Positions 34,401-45,065 of a DNA stretch of 64,000 nt are shown here, one piece after another. Made by a program: the position numbers and the translations under genes. Source of the DNA: Azolla caroliniana (lineage: Eukaryota > Plantae > Polypodiophyta); NCBI GenBank assembly GCA_043228905.1, contig JBHGNT010000020.1, forward strand, positions 8,432,001-8,496,000, given 5' to 3'. The notes beneath the pieces are model-generated. The model saw only the letters and a program-made list of their open reading frames with translations, was not told the origin of the DNA and made no database searches. Every line of letters begins with the position of its first letter. Position 1 is the stretch's first letter.

Positions 34401-36084
34401 GTAGCAGACTATCTGAGCCGGTTAGAGTCCGGAGAATCAGGCAACGGAGTAACGGATGAATTCCCGGACGCAGAGTTATTCCGTATCACCCCGGAAACGG
34501 CAGCGGACGACACGGTGGCATCAGAAGATAGGTGGCTGACAAACATGCACCAGTTCCTAAGCACGGGCCTGCCACCGGAGGAAATGAACCGGGACGAGAG
34601 GAAACGACTGGCGGTGCAGAGCCGCAATTTCTGTCTGTTACGGGACACTCTCTAACACAAGGGAGCAGATGGAATATGGAGACGGGCAGTCCGTAGTGAC
34701 GAGAAACAAATAATCTTACGGGAAGCACACTGTGGGGTTGCCGGAGGACACTATGCCGGGGAAGCGACGACAAGGAAAGTATGGCAGAGTGGCTTATGGT
34801 GGCCCACGACGTTAAAAGACGCCATCAAGTATGCTAAGGAATGTGACCTATGCCAACGAATGGGCCAGCCTACGGAGCAAGCACGAATGCCACACCAACC
34901 GGTACTTCCACTAGAGCCATTCCAGAAGTGGGGGTTGGATTTTGTCGGACCGTTCAAGCCACCGGCAATGAGAACGGGTAATCGTTATGTCATCGTGGCA
35001 ACAGATTATTGCACTAAATGGGTGGAGGCTAAGGCCTTGAGAGACAACACCGCGTCATCCACAGCAAAATTCCTGTACGAAAACATTTGGTGCCGATATG
35101 GATGTCCGATTGAATTAATCAGCGACCAAGGAGGGCATTTCCTCGGCCAGGTAGTTGAAAGCTTAACAACGTTCTATGCCGTGGTCCATAAACGGAGCAC
35201 ACCGTACTACCCACAAGCAAACGGGTTAGCAGAGTCAACCAACAAAACGCTCCAGAACATTCTCTGCAAAATCGTCCATGAAAACCGGACGGACTGGGAT
35301 ACAAAGCTCCATAGCGCGCTATGGGCGTACCGAACGGCATACAAAACAAGTATCCGGACAACGCCGTTCCGGTTAGCGTTCGGCTTAGAGGCGGTCATGC
35401 CGGTGGAATTTCAGGTACCAAGCTTACGGATCCAACTACGGGAACGGCTGAATGAAAAGGAGTCGGAGGAAATGCGGCTAGCAGCACTATGCGAACTGGA
35501 GGAGCAACGGCTGGCCAGCATCCTACACATGGAACTGGAGCAGCGACGACGGAAAGCGTTCGTTGACCGTCACCGGAAAGGTAATGAAAAGATGTTCGAA
35601 ATCGGAAAGCCGGTGCTAGTATTCCAAACGAGGATGGGCAAGATGCCGGGTAAACTCCGGTTTAGATGGACAGGCCCGTATTGGCTGACACGGGAATACA
35701 ACGGGTCCTATCAGTAAGGGACACTTGCCGGTGAAGTGCTAGGCAAGTGGGTCAACGGATTTAGACTAAAGCCCTATAAAGGACCGATGCCAAGTAACCC
35801 GTTTATGCAGCCCACCGGCACTATACCGGGAACGGTACGGATGGAAGAAAAAGACGACGGGGAACCCGTAGCAGAGGCGAAGGAAGACACGGCAACCCGT
35901 AAGGAAAACGGTAAGGGTCCGAAGGGACCTACGGATGTGTAAGATCACATACCGTCATTAAAAAAGGAAAAAAGAAAAGAAAAAAGAAATCATTAAAAAT
36001 CAAGGTATGAACGGACGTGAAAGCAAGGAGCGAAAAGGTACGTAGTGGGCATTTAAGAGCCACCACGTTACTTAATACTAAATT

Positions 36085-36249
36085 GTGTGTTTCTCACTCT
36101 TCCTCACATACCCAACAGGGGGCACAACTAGGTTTGCCTTTCGTTTGCAAACTTCAAACTTCTCTAAAGCAGTCTATTTCTCTCCTATCTAAGAACATCA
36201 CATAATCATGTGAAGATCATCTTCATCTCATAGACCTCAACTCTTCCAC
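36085..36249 (-). mobile_element. Copia M, 3' part (3' LTR stub and internal end)
   Basis: Near-identical to 6150-6268; continues at 45573 after TSD TCCAC. Confidence 0.7.
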
Positions 36250-36766
36250 TGTTACCCGGACCCGGACAGTCAGTTTTACCGAACAGGTGGGAAAGCGTCG
36301 AAAACAGAGTCGGTTCGGATCGACTGTTCGGATCAATGACTCAGCAGTAAAACGAAGAGAACTAAGTTAGTTAGATAATTTTGTAAATCTTGTTAGGGAG
36401 TAGGAATAGTTCTTGATGAGAAAAGACCTTCGGTATACCTATAAAAGGGAACCAAAGGCATTGTAAGAAAGGTCGTTTTTATTTAGTAATATAAGTTTAA
36501 GTTAGGAATATCTTGTACGGATTCTGTGTTTCTCTGTTGTCTATGATCTTAAGTGCAAGCTTCCTAATTTATAACTAAGTAACGATCACGGTAATTACCG
36601 ATTAATATAGCATAATTCCGTTCGTAAAACACAATTCCTTGTTAGAACGTTGAGTAGCGACGTTCACTCTTCTGTATCGGTAATAGTTAGTAATTAGCCG
36701 ATTAACACAGAAGAATTTTGGCACGCCCATTTACATCTGCAATTAAGCAGAGAACAATTCGAATGG

Positions 36767-39700
36767 ATGTCGTATGAAGAGGAGGCACCGGTCAGTTGTA
36801 AGCGCCCTCGTACAAGGTCAGTTACGAAGGTAGTGCAGCAAGCGTTCATTACGCAAGAACAGCCGGAATCAAGCACAAAGTGGTCGAAACTTCCTGACTT
36901 ATCCGATCAATTACCTTCAGACGAAAAACAGACGGAAGAGGTATCGTTTTACGACATTTGGGACGATATGCCTTATACTTATTCTAAGTTCCGGGAAGGA
37001 ACAGATGCGGAAGCACATGTTAGGGATTTCTTAACGACATGGGAGATTAACCATGGAGCTCAGCGATTGTCGGCAGATGCCGAAGATAAGTCAAAAATCG
37101 CTGAGTTTGTCTTATCATTAGACGGATATTCCGCTAATTGGTTTGCGCAGAACGGTCTTCAAGGATTTCCATCCTTCGAAGTATTAACTAGTAAATTTTT
37201 ACAATCATTTCATCAACAAATTCCGCAGAAGGATTTGATTGCGCAATTTTATGCGTTATACCAAGAAAAAAATGAAACAGTATCTCAGTTTGTGATACGA
37301 TTTCAGAACTTACAGCTTCAGATTTCAAGACCGATTCCGGATAAGGAATTAAAAGAAGTCTTTCTAGAAGCTGTAAAAGAACCATTAAGGACGACATTGA
37401 AAGTGTTCGATTTTCGAAATCAGACTATCGAACAAGTCATTGATAAAGCAATAGAAATGGGTCGACCACCGGTCAATGTTCAGAGTATGGACATGTCGGC
37501 ATTACACCGTACATTACCAACAATGGAGGAGTTACAATTTCGACAAGCAGTACAATGCACCACTTGTTTAAATACGGGGCATTCGGCAATTGACTGTACG
37601 TTGAGAACACATTGTACAATATGTCATTCAAAATTACATTCCGTAGAACAATGTGAATATAATCTGCTTAATAAGACTACGGCGTTAGTACGACAATTTT
37701 TTGCTGACAATGGTTACCAAAATAACACTAATCTGTTCAATGGTTATCAAAATAATAATTTTTCACAAAATCAGCAAAATGTACAACAGAATCCGGTTCT
37801 ACAGCCAAATCAGATCTTTTCACAACAAAATATGCAACCCACTCAAGTGACTCAAGCATTTCAACCAGGTTTTGCTCAATCCAACCCACCATTCGTACAG
37901 AATCCGAATCAATATTTTCAACAAAATAATCAAAGTTTCCAACAAGGTAATCCACCATTTCAAGGGTTTCAACAGAACTGTCCGAATGTGCAACCGAATT
38001 CTACATTTCAACCAAATCCGGCATTTCAACCGGGTAATATGACTTTTCACCATAATACTCAAACTGTTCCACAAAATAATCAAATGTTTCAACAGAGTAA
38101 TTTTCCGCCAAATCAGGAGTTCGGGATACCACACAATATAGCACAACCAAATGATAATACTGAACAATTTAGGCCGAATAGGTATAAAAACAAGAGATTT
38201 TACAAACCAAAAGCTACACGTCAATACCAACAAAACCCGAATGGTAATGAAGAGCAGCAATTTAATAACGGGCAATTTGCACATGGAGAGACCAGTGCAA
38301 CATTTGTGCCCACTTGTTACATTTGTCGACAACTAGGCCATTATGCTAATCAATGTCTGGTTAAAGGAAAGGGTCCAGCAGTTAATATGGTAATACCGGA
38401 AGTTCAGCAAGTAACGACACGCAGCAAAAGCAAACAATCGGAGTGGGAAATTCAGGAAGAAGTTCGGAAGGCCGCAAAGGAATGGGTGGATGAAGCAAAT
38501 CAAAGTAATGTGAATCGAATGTTACAAGACAATAACATTGACCAGGACATCGCTGTACAACAGTCATTGGAGAATAAGGAACAGGAAGAAACTTGGAAAA
38601 TGTTGGCTGATTACCAAGTGTCATTACCACTTAAGGGCTTACTTAAGTTAGTACCAAGGTTTACAGAAAAAGTGGCAGCATTAATTGCATATAAAGGTTC
38701 CGAACAAATAGCAGTACACTACAATCAGCCAAGTAATAACCCCTCGATCATGGATGAACAGAATCCGTCTATTAAGGTAATACTTTACGGGCAAGAAATC
38801 GGAAATGTGATTATAGATGGAGGCTCGGGTGTTAATGTGATTAACAAAACTACATGTGAAAAACTGGGAATCACGGAATGGGAAGCATGTCCGTTTTGGT
38901 TACGAATGGCAGATACAAGTACGGTACGACCGATTGGTTTGCTTCGACAACTGGATGTAATAATCGGGGGACACAGTTTTCAGATTTCGGCAGTAATTTT
39001 GCAGTTAGAAACACAGGGAGCATACCCCTTGTTATTAGGGAGACCATGGTTAAAGACAGCTAATATTAAACAAAATTGGAAACAAAATGTGCTAACATTT
39101 AGAAAAGGAAAAAACAAGGTCAGGATTCCGACGCACAACAAAGTGACAACAAGCAAACAGAGTTTACCTGTATATGCAGAAGCAGTTAATATGATGGAAG
39201 GATTGGACGAGGAAGAAGAAAGTCAGTATTTTGATGATAATCAAAAAATCATCCCTCTATTTGAGGTAGATATTTTGCAAGCATTAACACCATATGTAGA
39301 ATCACACGAAGAAGTGCCAATCGATGAGCAAGCAATAAAAGAAATACGAATGCAACAAGAAGCTACAGATAAGGAATTGCAGGTATCTCAGAGAGTGCAA
39401 GCCTCAGCATTGGAGGAGATTGATTTGGCAGGAGTAGAGGATGCTGAAAGAAAAACAATCTTGATTGCTAGAGATTTGACGGAAAATGACAAACGGACAT
39501 TAACAACATTACTATTACAATATAAAGATGTTTTTGCATGGTCCTTTGACGATATGAAAGGTCTGGATCCCGCTTTTTGTCAACATCAAATCAATTTGCA
39601 TAAAGATGCAAAGCCAGTACAACAACGCAGGTACAGGTTGAATCCGAATTATGCTATCAAAGTAAAAGAAGAAATCGATAAACTCTTAAAAGTAGGATTT

Positions 39701-42229
39701 ATTCGACTAGTAGTAGTCCCGAAAAAGAATGGGAAAATTCGTGTATGTGTGGATTACAGAAAATTGAATGCAACGACAATTACGGATGCGTTTCCATTGC
39801 CATTCACAGATGGGATATTAGATGCAGTAGCGGGACATGAAATTTATAGTTTCTTGGATGGGTTCAGTGGGTACAACCAAGTACGGATGAATCCGGAAGA
39901 TCAGGAAAAGACAGCTTTCGTCACAGAATGGGGTGTCTTTGTGGCAGTAGTCATGATGTTCGGTTTAAAAACAGCTCCAGCTACATTTCAGCGGGTAATA
40001 CAGGAAATATTTGGGGAATATATTCCAGCTTTCATGCAGGTGTTTTTAGATGATTTTGCAGTATATAGTCGGAAAGCTGATCATTTTGAGCATTTACGGC
40101 TATGTTTAGAAAAATGTCGAAAAGGGCGTCTTAGTTTAAATCCAGCCAAATGCGCATTCGGAGTAATGAGTGGTACATTACTTGGGCATATTGTCAGTCA
40201 AGAAGGGATTGCAGTGGACCCAGATAAAGTTAAAGCAATTATTGAGGCAACACCACCAACAAATGCTAAAGCTCTAAGTAGATTTTTGGGTCAAATTCGG
40301 TGGCACAGTAGAATGATGAGATATCTAGCAGACATTGCTATTCCGTTACACACAGCAGTACACAAAGTTCCTTTTATATGGACAAGTATAGAACAAGATG
40401 CGTACGAATGTCTCAAGAAGATGCTGACGAAGGTTCCGGTAGTTCAACCACCGGACTGGAACAAACCATTTCATGTTTTCGTCGATGCGTCGGACATTGC
40501 CATAGGCAGTGCTTTAATGCAATTATCCGAACCAAACTGGTATAGGCCGGTATACTATGCCAGTAGGAAACTTTCGTCGGCCGAAAGAAACTATTCAACA
40601 ACCGAAAGAGAAGCTTTGGGAATGATATATAGTGTGAACAAATTTCGACATTACCTTTTGGGTAAGAAATTTACATTTCATGTGGATCATTCGGCTTTAC
40701 TGTATCTAGTTTCCAAACAAGAATTGACAGGCAAGTTAGCCCGATGGACGTTATTGCTTCAAGAGTTTGAATTTGACATTATACATCGACCAGGAGCACA
40801 GCACGCGATTGCTGACTATCTCAGTCGGCTTGAGTCTGGAGAAGAAGCGGTTGGGGTTAAAGATGATTTCCCAGATACTCAATTATTTCGGGTGGAGGCA
40901 GTAAAAGCACATGAAGTGAATGAGGAAAAAGAGGATGAATGGATTTCCGAAATGACGATATTTCTATCAACAGGAATTCCGGCCGAACACATGTCGACAG
41001 ATGAAAGAAAAAGAATTGCAGTACGAAGTCGGAATTTTTGTTTATTTAATGACATGTTGTATCATAAAGGAGCGGATGGAATATGGCGAAGGGCAGTACG
41101 AAAATTTGAAAAATCAGCCATATTAACAGAGTCACATTGTGGAATTGCTGGCGGTCATTACGCAGGAGAAGCAACAGCCAGAAAAATATGGAATAGCGGG
41201 TTATGGTGGCCAACGGTGATGAAAGATGCTAACGAATACTGTAAGAAATGCGATTTGTGTCAAAGAATGGGGCAACCAACCGAAAAGGATCGAATGCCTT
41301 TTCAACCGGTTTTACCTCTTGAGCCATTTCAGAAATGGGGCTTAGATTTTGTTGGCCCATTCAAACCAGCAGCTGCAAGAACCGGTAATCGATATATCAT
41401 AATTGCGACTGACTATTGCACAAAATGGGTTGAAGCAAAAGCTCTCAGGGACAATACGGCAGCATCCACAGCAAAATTCCTGTATGAGTATATATGGTGT
41501 CGATTCGGTTGCCCAATAGAATTGGTAAGCGATCAAGGCACTCATTTTATTAACAAGTTAATTAACGAATTAACCAATTACTATGCCGTAGTTCATAAGA
41601 AAAGTACGCCTTACTATCCCCAAGCTAATGGATTGGCAGAATCGACAAATAAAACAATTCAAACAATTTTAAAGAAGATAGTGAATGAAAATCGTACTGA
41701 TTGGGATCAAAAGTTAAATAGTGCATTATGGGCATATCGTACTTCGTACAAAACATCCATTAAATCAACACCTTTCCGAATGGCATTCGGACTCGAAGCC
41801 GTTATGCCAATCGAATTTCAAATTCCGACACTTCGTATCCAAGCAACGAATAAGTTAAATGAAATAGAATCGGAGCAGATACGCAAAGAGGCTTTATTAG
41901 TATTAGAAGAAGAACGGATTCAATCAATGTCAGCACTAGAACACAAGCAGAGACAAATCAAGGCATTCGTAAATCGACATCGAAGGAAATCGGAAGAGCA
42001 ATTCGAAATTGGGAAACCGGTATTGGTATTCCAGACGAGAATGGGACTTATGCCTGGGAAACTCCGGTATAGATGGACAGGTCCAGTATGGATAATTAAT
42101 AGTAAAAATGGTACGTACCAACTGGGATCATTAACCGGAGAGGCTTTACCAAAATGGGTAAATGGATTTCGGCTTAAACCGTATTTGGGAGATATGCCGG
42201 TAAATCCGTTTATTCAAACGGAAGAGTAA
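36767..42229 (+). CDS. Gag-Pol polyprotein of C (1820 aa; 10-aa deletion in the RT N-terminus)
   Basis: Open frame: gag, three CCHC knuckles, Q/N-rich tract, PR IIDGGSG, RT VFLDDF, RNase H, IN. Confidence 0.9.
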   Translation: MSYEEEAPVSCKRPRTRSVTKVVQQAFITQEQPESSTKWSKLPDLSDQLPSDEKQTEEVSFYDIWDDMPYTYSKFREGTDAEAHVRDFLTTWEINHGAQRLSADAEDKSKIAEFVLSLDGYSANWFAQNGLQGFPSFEVLTSKFLQSFHQQIPQKDLIAQFYALYQEKNETVSQFVIRFQNLQLQISRPIPDKELKEVFLEAVKEPLRTTLKVFDFRNQTIEQVIDKAIEMGRPPVNVQSMDMSALHRTLPTMEELQFRQAVQCTTCLNTGHSAIDCTLRTHCTICHSKLHSVEQCEYNLLNKTTALVRQFFADNGYQNNTNLFNGYQNNNFSQNQQNVQQNPVLQPNQIFSQQNMQPTQVTQAFQPGFAQSNPPFVQNPNQYFQQNNQSFQQGNPPFQGFQQNCPNVQPNSTFQPNPAFQPGNMTFHHNTQTVPQNNQMFQQSNFPPNQEFGIPHNIAQPNDNTEQFRPNRYKNKRFYKPKATRQYQQNPNGNEEQQFNNGQFAHGETSATFVPTCYICRQLGHYANQCLVKGKGPAVNMVIPEVQQVTTRSKSKQSEWEIQEEVRKAAKEWVDEANQSNVNRMLQDNNIDQDIAVQQSLENKEQEETWKMLADYQVSLPLKGLLKLVPRFTEKVAALIAYKGSEQIAVHYNQPSNNPSIMDEQNPSIKVILYGQEIGNVIIDGGSGVNVINKTTCEKLGITEWEACPFWLRMADTSTVRPIGLLRQLDVIIGGHSFQISAVILQLETQGAYPLLLGRPWLKTANIKQNWKQNVLTFRKGKNKVRIPTHNKVTTSKQSLPVYAEAVNMMEGLDEEEESQYFDDNQKIIPLFEVDILQALTPYVESHEEVPIDEQAIKEIRMQQEATDKELQVSQRVQASALEEIDLAGVEDAERKTILIARDLTENDKRTLTTLLLQYKDVFAWSFDDMKGLDPAFCQHQINLHKDAKPVQQRRYRLNPNYAIKVKEEIDKLLKVGFIRLVVVPKKNGKIRVCVDYRKLNATTITDAFPLPFTDGILDAVAGHEIYSFLDGFSGYNQVRMNPEDQEKTAFVTEWGVFVAVVMMFGLKTAPATFQRVIQEIFGEYIPAFMQVFLDDFAVYSRKADHFEHLRLCLEKCRKGRLSLNPAKCAFGVMSGTLLGHIVSQEGIAVDPDKVKAIIEATPPTNAKALSRFLGQIRWHSRMMRYLADIAIPLHTAVHKVPFIWTSIEQDAYECLKKMLTKVPVVQPPDWNKPFHVFVDASDIAIGSALMQLSEPNWYRPVYYASRKLSSAERNYSTTEREALGMIYSVNKFRHYLLGKKFTFHVDHSALLYLVSKQELTGKLARWTLLLQEFEFDIIHRPGAQHAIADYLSRLESGEEAVGVKDDFPDTQLFRVEAVKAHEVNEEKEDEWISEMTIFLSTGIPAEHMSTDERKRIAVRSRNFCLFNDMLYHKGADGIWRRAVRKFEKSAILTESHCGIAGGHYAGEATARKIWNSGLWWPTVMKDANEYCKKCDLCQRMGQPTEKDRMPFQPVLPLEPFQKWGLDFVGPFKPAAARTGNRYIIIATDYCTKWVEAKALRDNTAASTAKFLYEYIWCRFGCPIELVSDQGTHFINKLINELTNYYAVVHKKSTPYYPQANGLAESTNKTIQTILKKIVNENRTDWDQKLNSALWAYRTSYKTSIKSTPFRMAFGLEAVMPIEFQIPTLRIQATNKLNEIESEQIRKEALLVLEEERIQSMSALEHKQRQIKAFVNRHRRKSEEQFEIGKPVLVFQTRMGLMPGKLRYRWTGPVWIINSKNGTYQLGSLTGEALPKWVNGFRLKPYLGDMPVNPFIQTEE

Positions 42230-42644
42230 AATAAAAAAAATAAAAAAATAAAAAACTAACTAACTCACTCAATAGTTCTTGTCAAATACAGAAATACAAT
42301 CTTGCCATAAACAGTATGAATCGACTATAAATAGAAAGAGGAATTGCATGATTATTAGTAACAAGTACAACCACTACACGTAGAGTGAATACTAATTAAT
42401 TCCTACATTAATAGCAATTACTATTCTTTAAGTCATCATGCATAAATTAATATCTTTAAAGCATATTTCTGTATCGTCTGTATCGCCAAAACAACAGAAA
42501 CGAGTGCAGATATCGAAACAGTCTGAGCCTCCTTCGTGCCCTAGTTCGCCCAAACTCTGTTTTTCTGATTTTCATCGCTACAGAAACTGTGCAGATCTGC
42601 AACTGTCATCGACAAGTGATTCAGAACAAGGAAACACAGAAGTC

Positions 42645-45065
42645 ATGCCGATTCCTGTATCTGAAGAACTGCGATTGTGGCTTCATGAGAGAAACTTACA
42701 AGGTTTCATCAAAGTAGCAGAAGCGGAACCTCATCCGCAGGCGGAAGAATTGGTACAACAAATAGACATCACCAAAATCACCACAAAGAAAATACGAAAT
42801 GCATTACAGATGCCAAGAGGAGGTTTTGAGGCAGTTAAAAAACCTTCATCAGAAGCACTCCAATCGTATTTCGGGGAATACTCACCCTCGGCAAAAGCAT
42901 ATCAGACTTATGGAGGTCGGGATGAGTTTTTTCATGAAGTGGCGAGGTTTTTACTAGAGGTGGGATTTGTCAGTCCTCGTTTTTATTGTATGCCGAAAAA
43001 AAGGGCTGGGTTTATTATAGCCGCATATGAAAAAGAGGATTTCAACTGGCCACTATTGTCGGGGGAAGCTCTGAGAGAGCAGCTACAAGGGGTAAAAACA
43101 GGAAAACCGATGAAGCAAATTTTTAGTCGTTGGTTATCAGTATTGTTTCCGATTCAAGAATCGGAAACTCCTGTTCAGTCAAGAAGACCACCGATAATAC
43201 AAGCACCACGAAGACACCGACAGCTAGTACATGAAGAATGGATAGAAGAAGAATCGGCACATGCCGATAATATACAAACAAATATGTCTCAGTCGGAACC
43301 ACCTAGACCAGAGAATTCCGAAAACAGACAACCAGAAACAGTTGACAATTTGAGAAACAAGCAACAGCCGACAGAAAATCGACAAAGAACAAGGATTAAA
43401 CAAAAGGCTAATCGGCAATTCCAACCAGAAAACAGTGAGGGATCAGCACCAAAAAGGCAACGCACAAATGAAAAGTCGAATACGCCTGTGGTAACAGAAG
43501 TACTAAAACCAGGGGATGAGAGCATTTCGACACAACCTCACCAAGGACAATCTTCAAAAGTAGCCATTCGGGAAGCACATGGATACTTGGATATCCCACC
43601 AGCAGCACATGAATTAGCTGCCATTTTGCAGTTCGGAACTTCATACGAACTGGTTGAATGGTTGGCTAAAAGACTGACAGAAGTATCAGAACGGCTGGCT
43701 CAAGAACATAATGACCGAATAATGATACAGAAAGCCTTACGAGGAGTGTTGGAACCTCAAGAAAAAGCAGAGATAGAGAAAATAGGCCGGAAAAGAAGTG
43801 CACAGCATAGAGGGGAGGCTATTGAAATGCCACCATTACATGAAGCACTGGTCGAAATTCATAAAGAATATGAAACGGCACGCAAAGCAGCCAGTGATAT
43901 GGCTGAAAGATACAAAAGTGTATCAGCATCGGCGGAGGTGCTGAAGCATCAGTTTTGTAACATACAAGCAGAAAATAAAGAACTAAAGGAAAGTCTAAAC
44001 AAATGGGAAACACAGGCACGGCTTATGGTGTCGGAGTCAGAATGGCAACAGAAATTAGAGGATGCTGAGAAAGCACGACAAGCAGAAACAACAAGGGCCA
44101 ACAATGCAGTATTTCGAACTACAGAATTAGAAAAACAAATAGAAACCATTCAGAATGGTCAATACAAAGCTCTCGAAGAAAAAAATCAAGTAATAAACGA
44201 ATTACAGAAAAATCTAGAAGAAGCTAAGACGGCCAATCATACATATACCGAACAAATTGAAGAATTCGAAAGGTATATAGTGTCACAGGAAAGTCAATTG
44301 ACAGAAAAACAGCAGAGTCTTGAAGAAGTCAACAGAAGAATGACGGAACAGCAGGAGGAATGGAGTAGAGAGAAATCGGCATTCGAACAACAACTGGACG
44401 AAATTCGGAAGATTGCGGAACAAAGACGGCTGGATATATATGTAGTCGAATCCAAATTAATGCGAGCTGAAAGTGAGAACCGAACCACTATTACGGATTT
44501 ACAGAAAGAGTTGCAAACTGCCCAATACGTCGCAAGCATCACTAGGGACAAAGTGCAGCACATCATAGGTAAACATCGAAACCTAGCAAAGAAACTGATC
44601 GATGAATCCCTTGCGCAAGGATGGAAGTTATGGACAGCACAAGCGGCGGAATTACAGATATTGCGTGCCGACAAAAATAACCGTCAGGTACAAGGTGCAG
44701 GTTTTTTTAAAATGGCACAAAAGGATATTGACAATATCCAAGAGGATATCATGAAAGATATGGATGAAATTGCGGCATTTTATAGAGAAGAAATTCAACG
44801 TATTATGCAAGAATTCGACAAAAATGATATAGGCACTTCCGTCCAGTTGGATAAAATCGAAGCCGAAAGAACCAGCAAGACTCCTGGTATTCAAGCTTCC
44901 GGAAGAAGTGAACCAGAGCAGCCAACCGAATCACAACCTGCTCCGAAGGAAGACTGTGACACAGACGAAGATGAAGAGGAAGATATAGGTGGAATACATC
45001 CAAGGCCAGATGAGCCTTCGATTTTTGATATTCTGAACGATTCGGATGAAGAGCTACAGGAATAG
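42645..45065 (+). CDS. Extra ORF (ORF3) of C, ~806 aa (frame open from 42438): globular N-domain plus coiled coil, function unknown
   Basis: Intact long ORF, homologous to 20533-23202; start inferred from alignment with B (MPIPVSEE vs MDPETLSE). Confidence 0.82.
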   Translation: MPIPVSEELRLWLHERNLQGFIKVAEAEPHPQAEELVQQIDITKITTKKIRNALQMPRGGFEAVKKPSSEALQSYFGEYSPSAKAYQTYGGRDEFFHEVARFLLEVGFVSPRFYCMPKKRAGFIIAAYEKEDFNWPLLSGEALREQLQGVKTGKPMKQIFSRWLSVLFPIQESETPVQSRRPPIIQAPRRHRQLVHEEWIEEESAHADNIQTNMSQSEPPRPENSENRQPETVDNLRNKQQPTENRQRTRIKQKANRQFQPENSEGSAPKRQRTNEKSNTPVVTEVLKPGDESISTQPHQGQSSKVAIREAHGYLDIPPAAHELAAILQFGTSYELVEWLAKRLTEVSERLAQEHNDRIMIQKALRGVLEPQEKAEIEKIGRKRSAQHRGEAIEMPPLHEALVEIHKEYETARKAASDMAERYKSVSASAEVLKHQFCNIQAENKELKESLNKWETQARLMVSESEWQQKLEDAEKARQAETTRANNAVFRTTELEKQIETIQNGQYKALEEKNQVINELQKNLEEAKTANHTYTEQIEEFERYIVSQESQLTEKQQSLEEVNRRMTEQQEEWSREKSAFEQQLDEIRKIAEQRRLDIYVVESKLMRAESENRTTITDLQKELQTAQYVASITRDKVQHIIGKHRNLAKKLIDESLAQGWKLWTAQAAELQILRADKNNRQVQGAGFFKMAQKDIDNIQEDIMKDMDEIAAFYREEIQRIMQEFDKNDIGTSVQLDKIEAERTSKTPGIQASGRSEPEQPTESQPAPKEDCDTDEDEEEDIGGIHPRPDEPSIFDILNDSDEELQE

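Larger units (their letters stand above)
23973..36085 (+). mobile_element. Element B' (near-identical sister of B): 5' LTR 23973-24391, gag-pol pseudogene, 3'-truncated before the extra ORF, interrupted by H
   Basis: LTR matches the B LTR; PBS tggcgaccacga; frameshift near 24823, stops at 25377, 32445, 34653, 35715; ~41-bp deletion near 25507; no 3' LTR. Confidence 0.92.

Noticed and set aside
42438-45065. env gene
   Set aside because: No signal peptide or transmembrane segment is visible.
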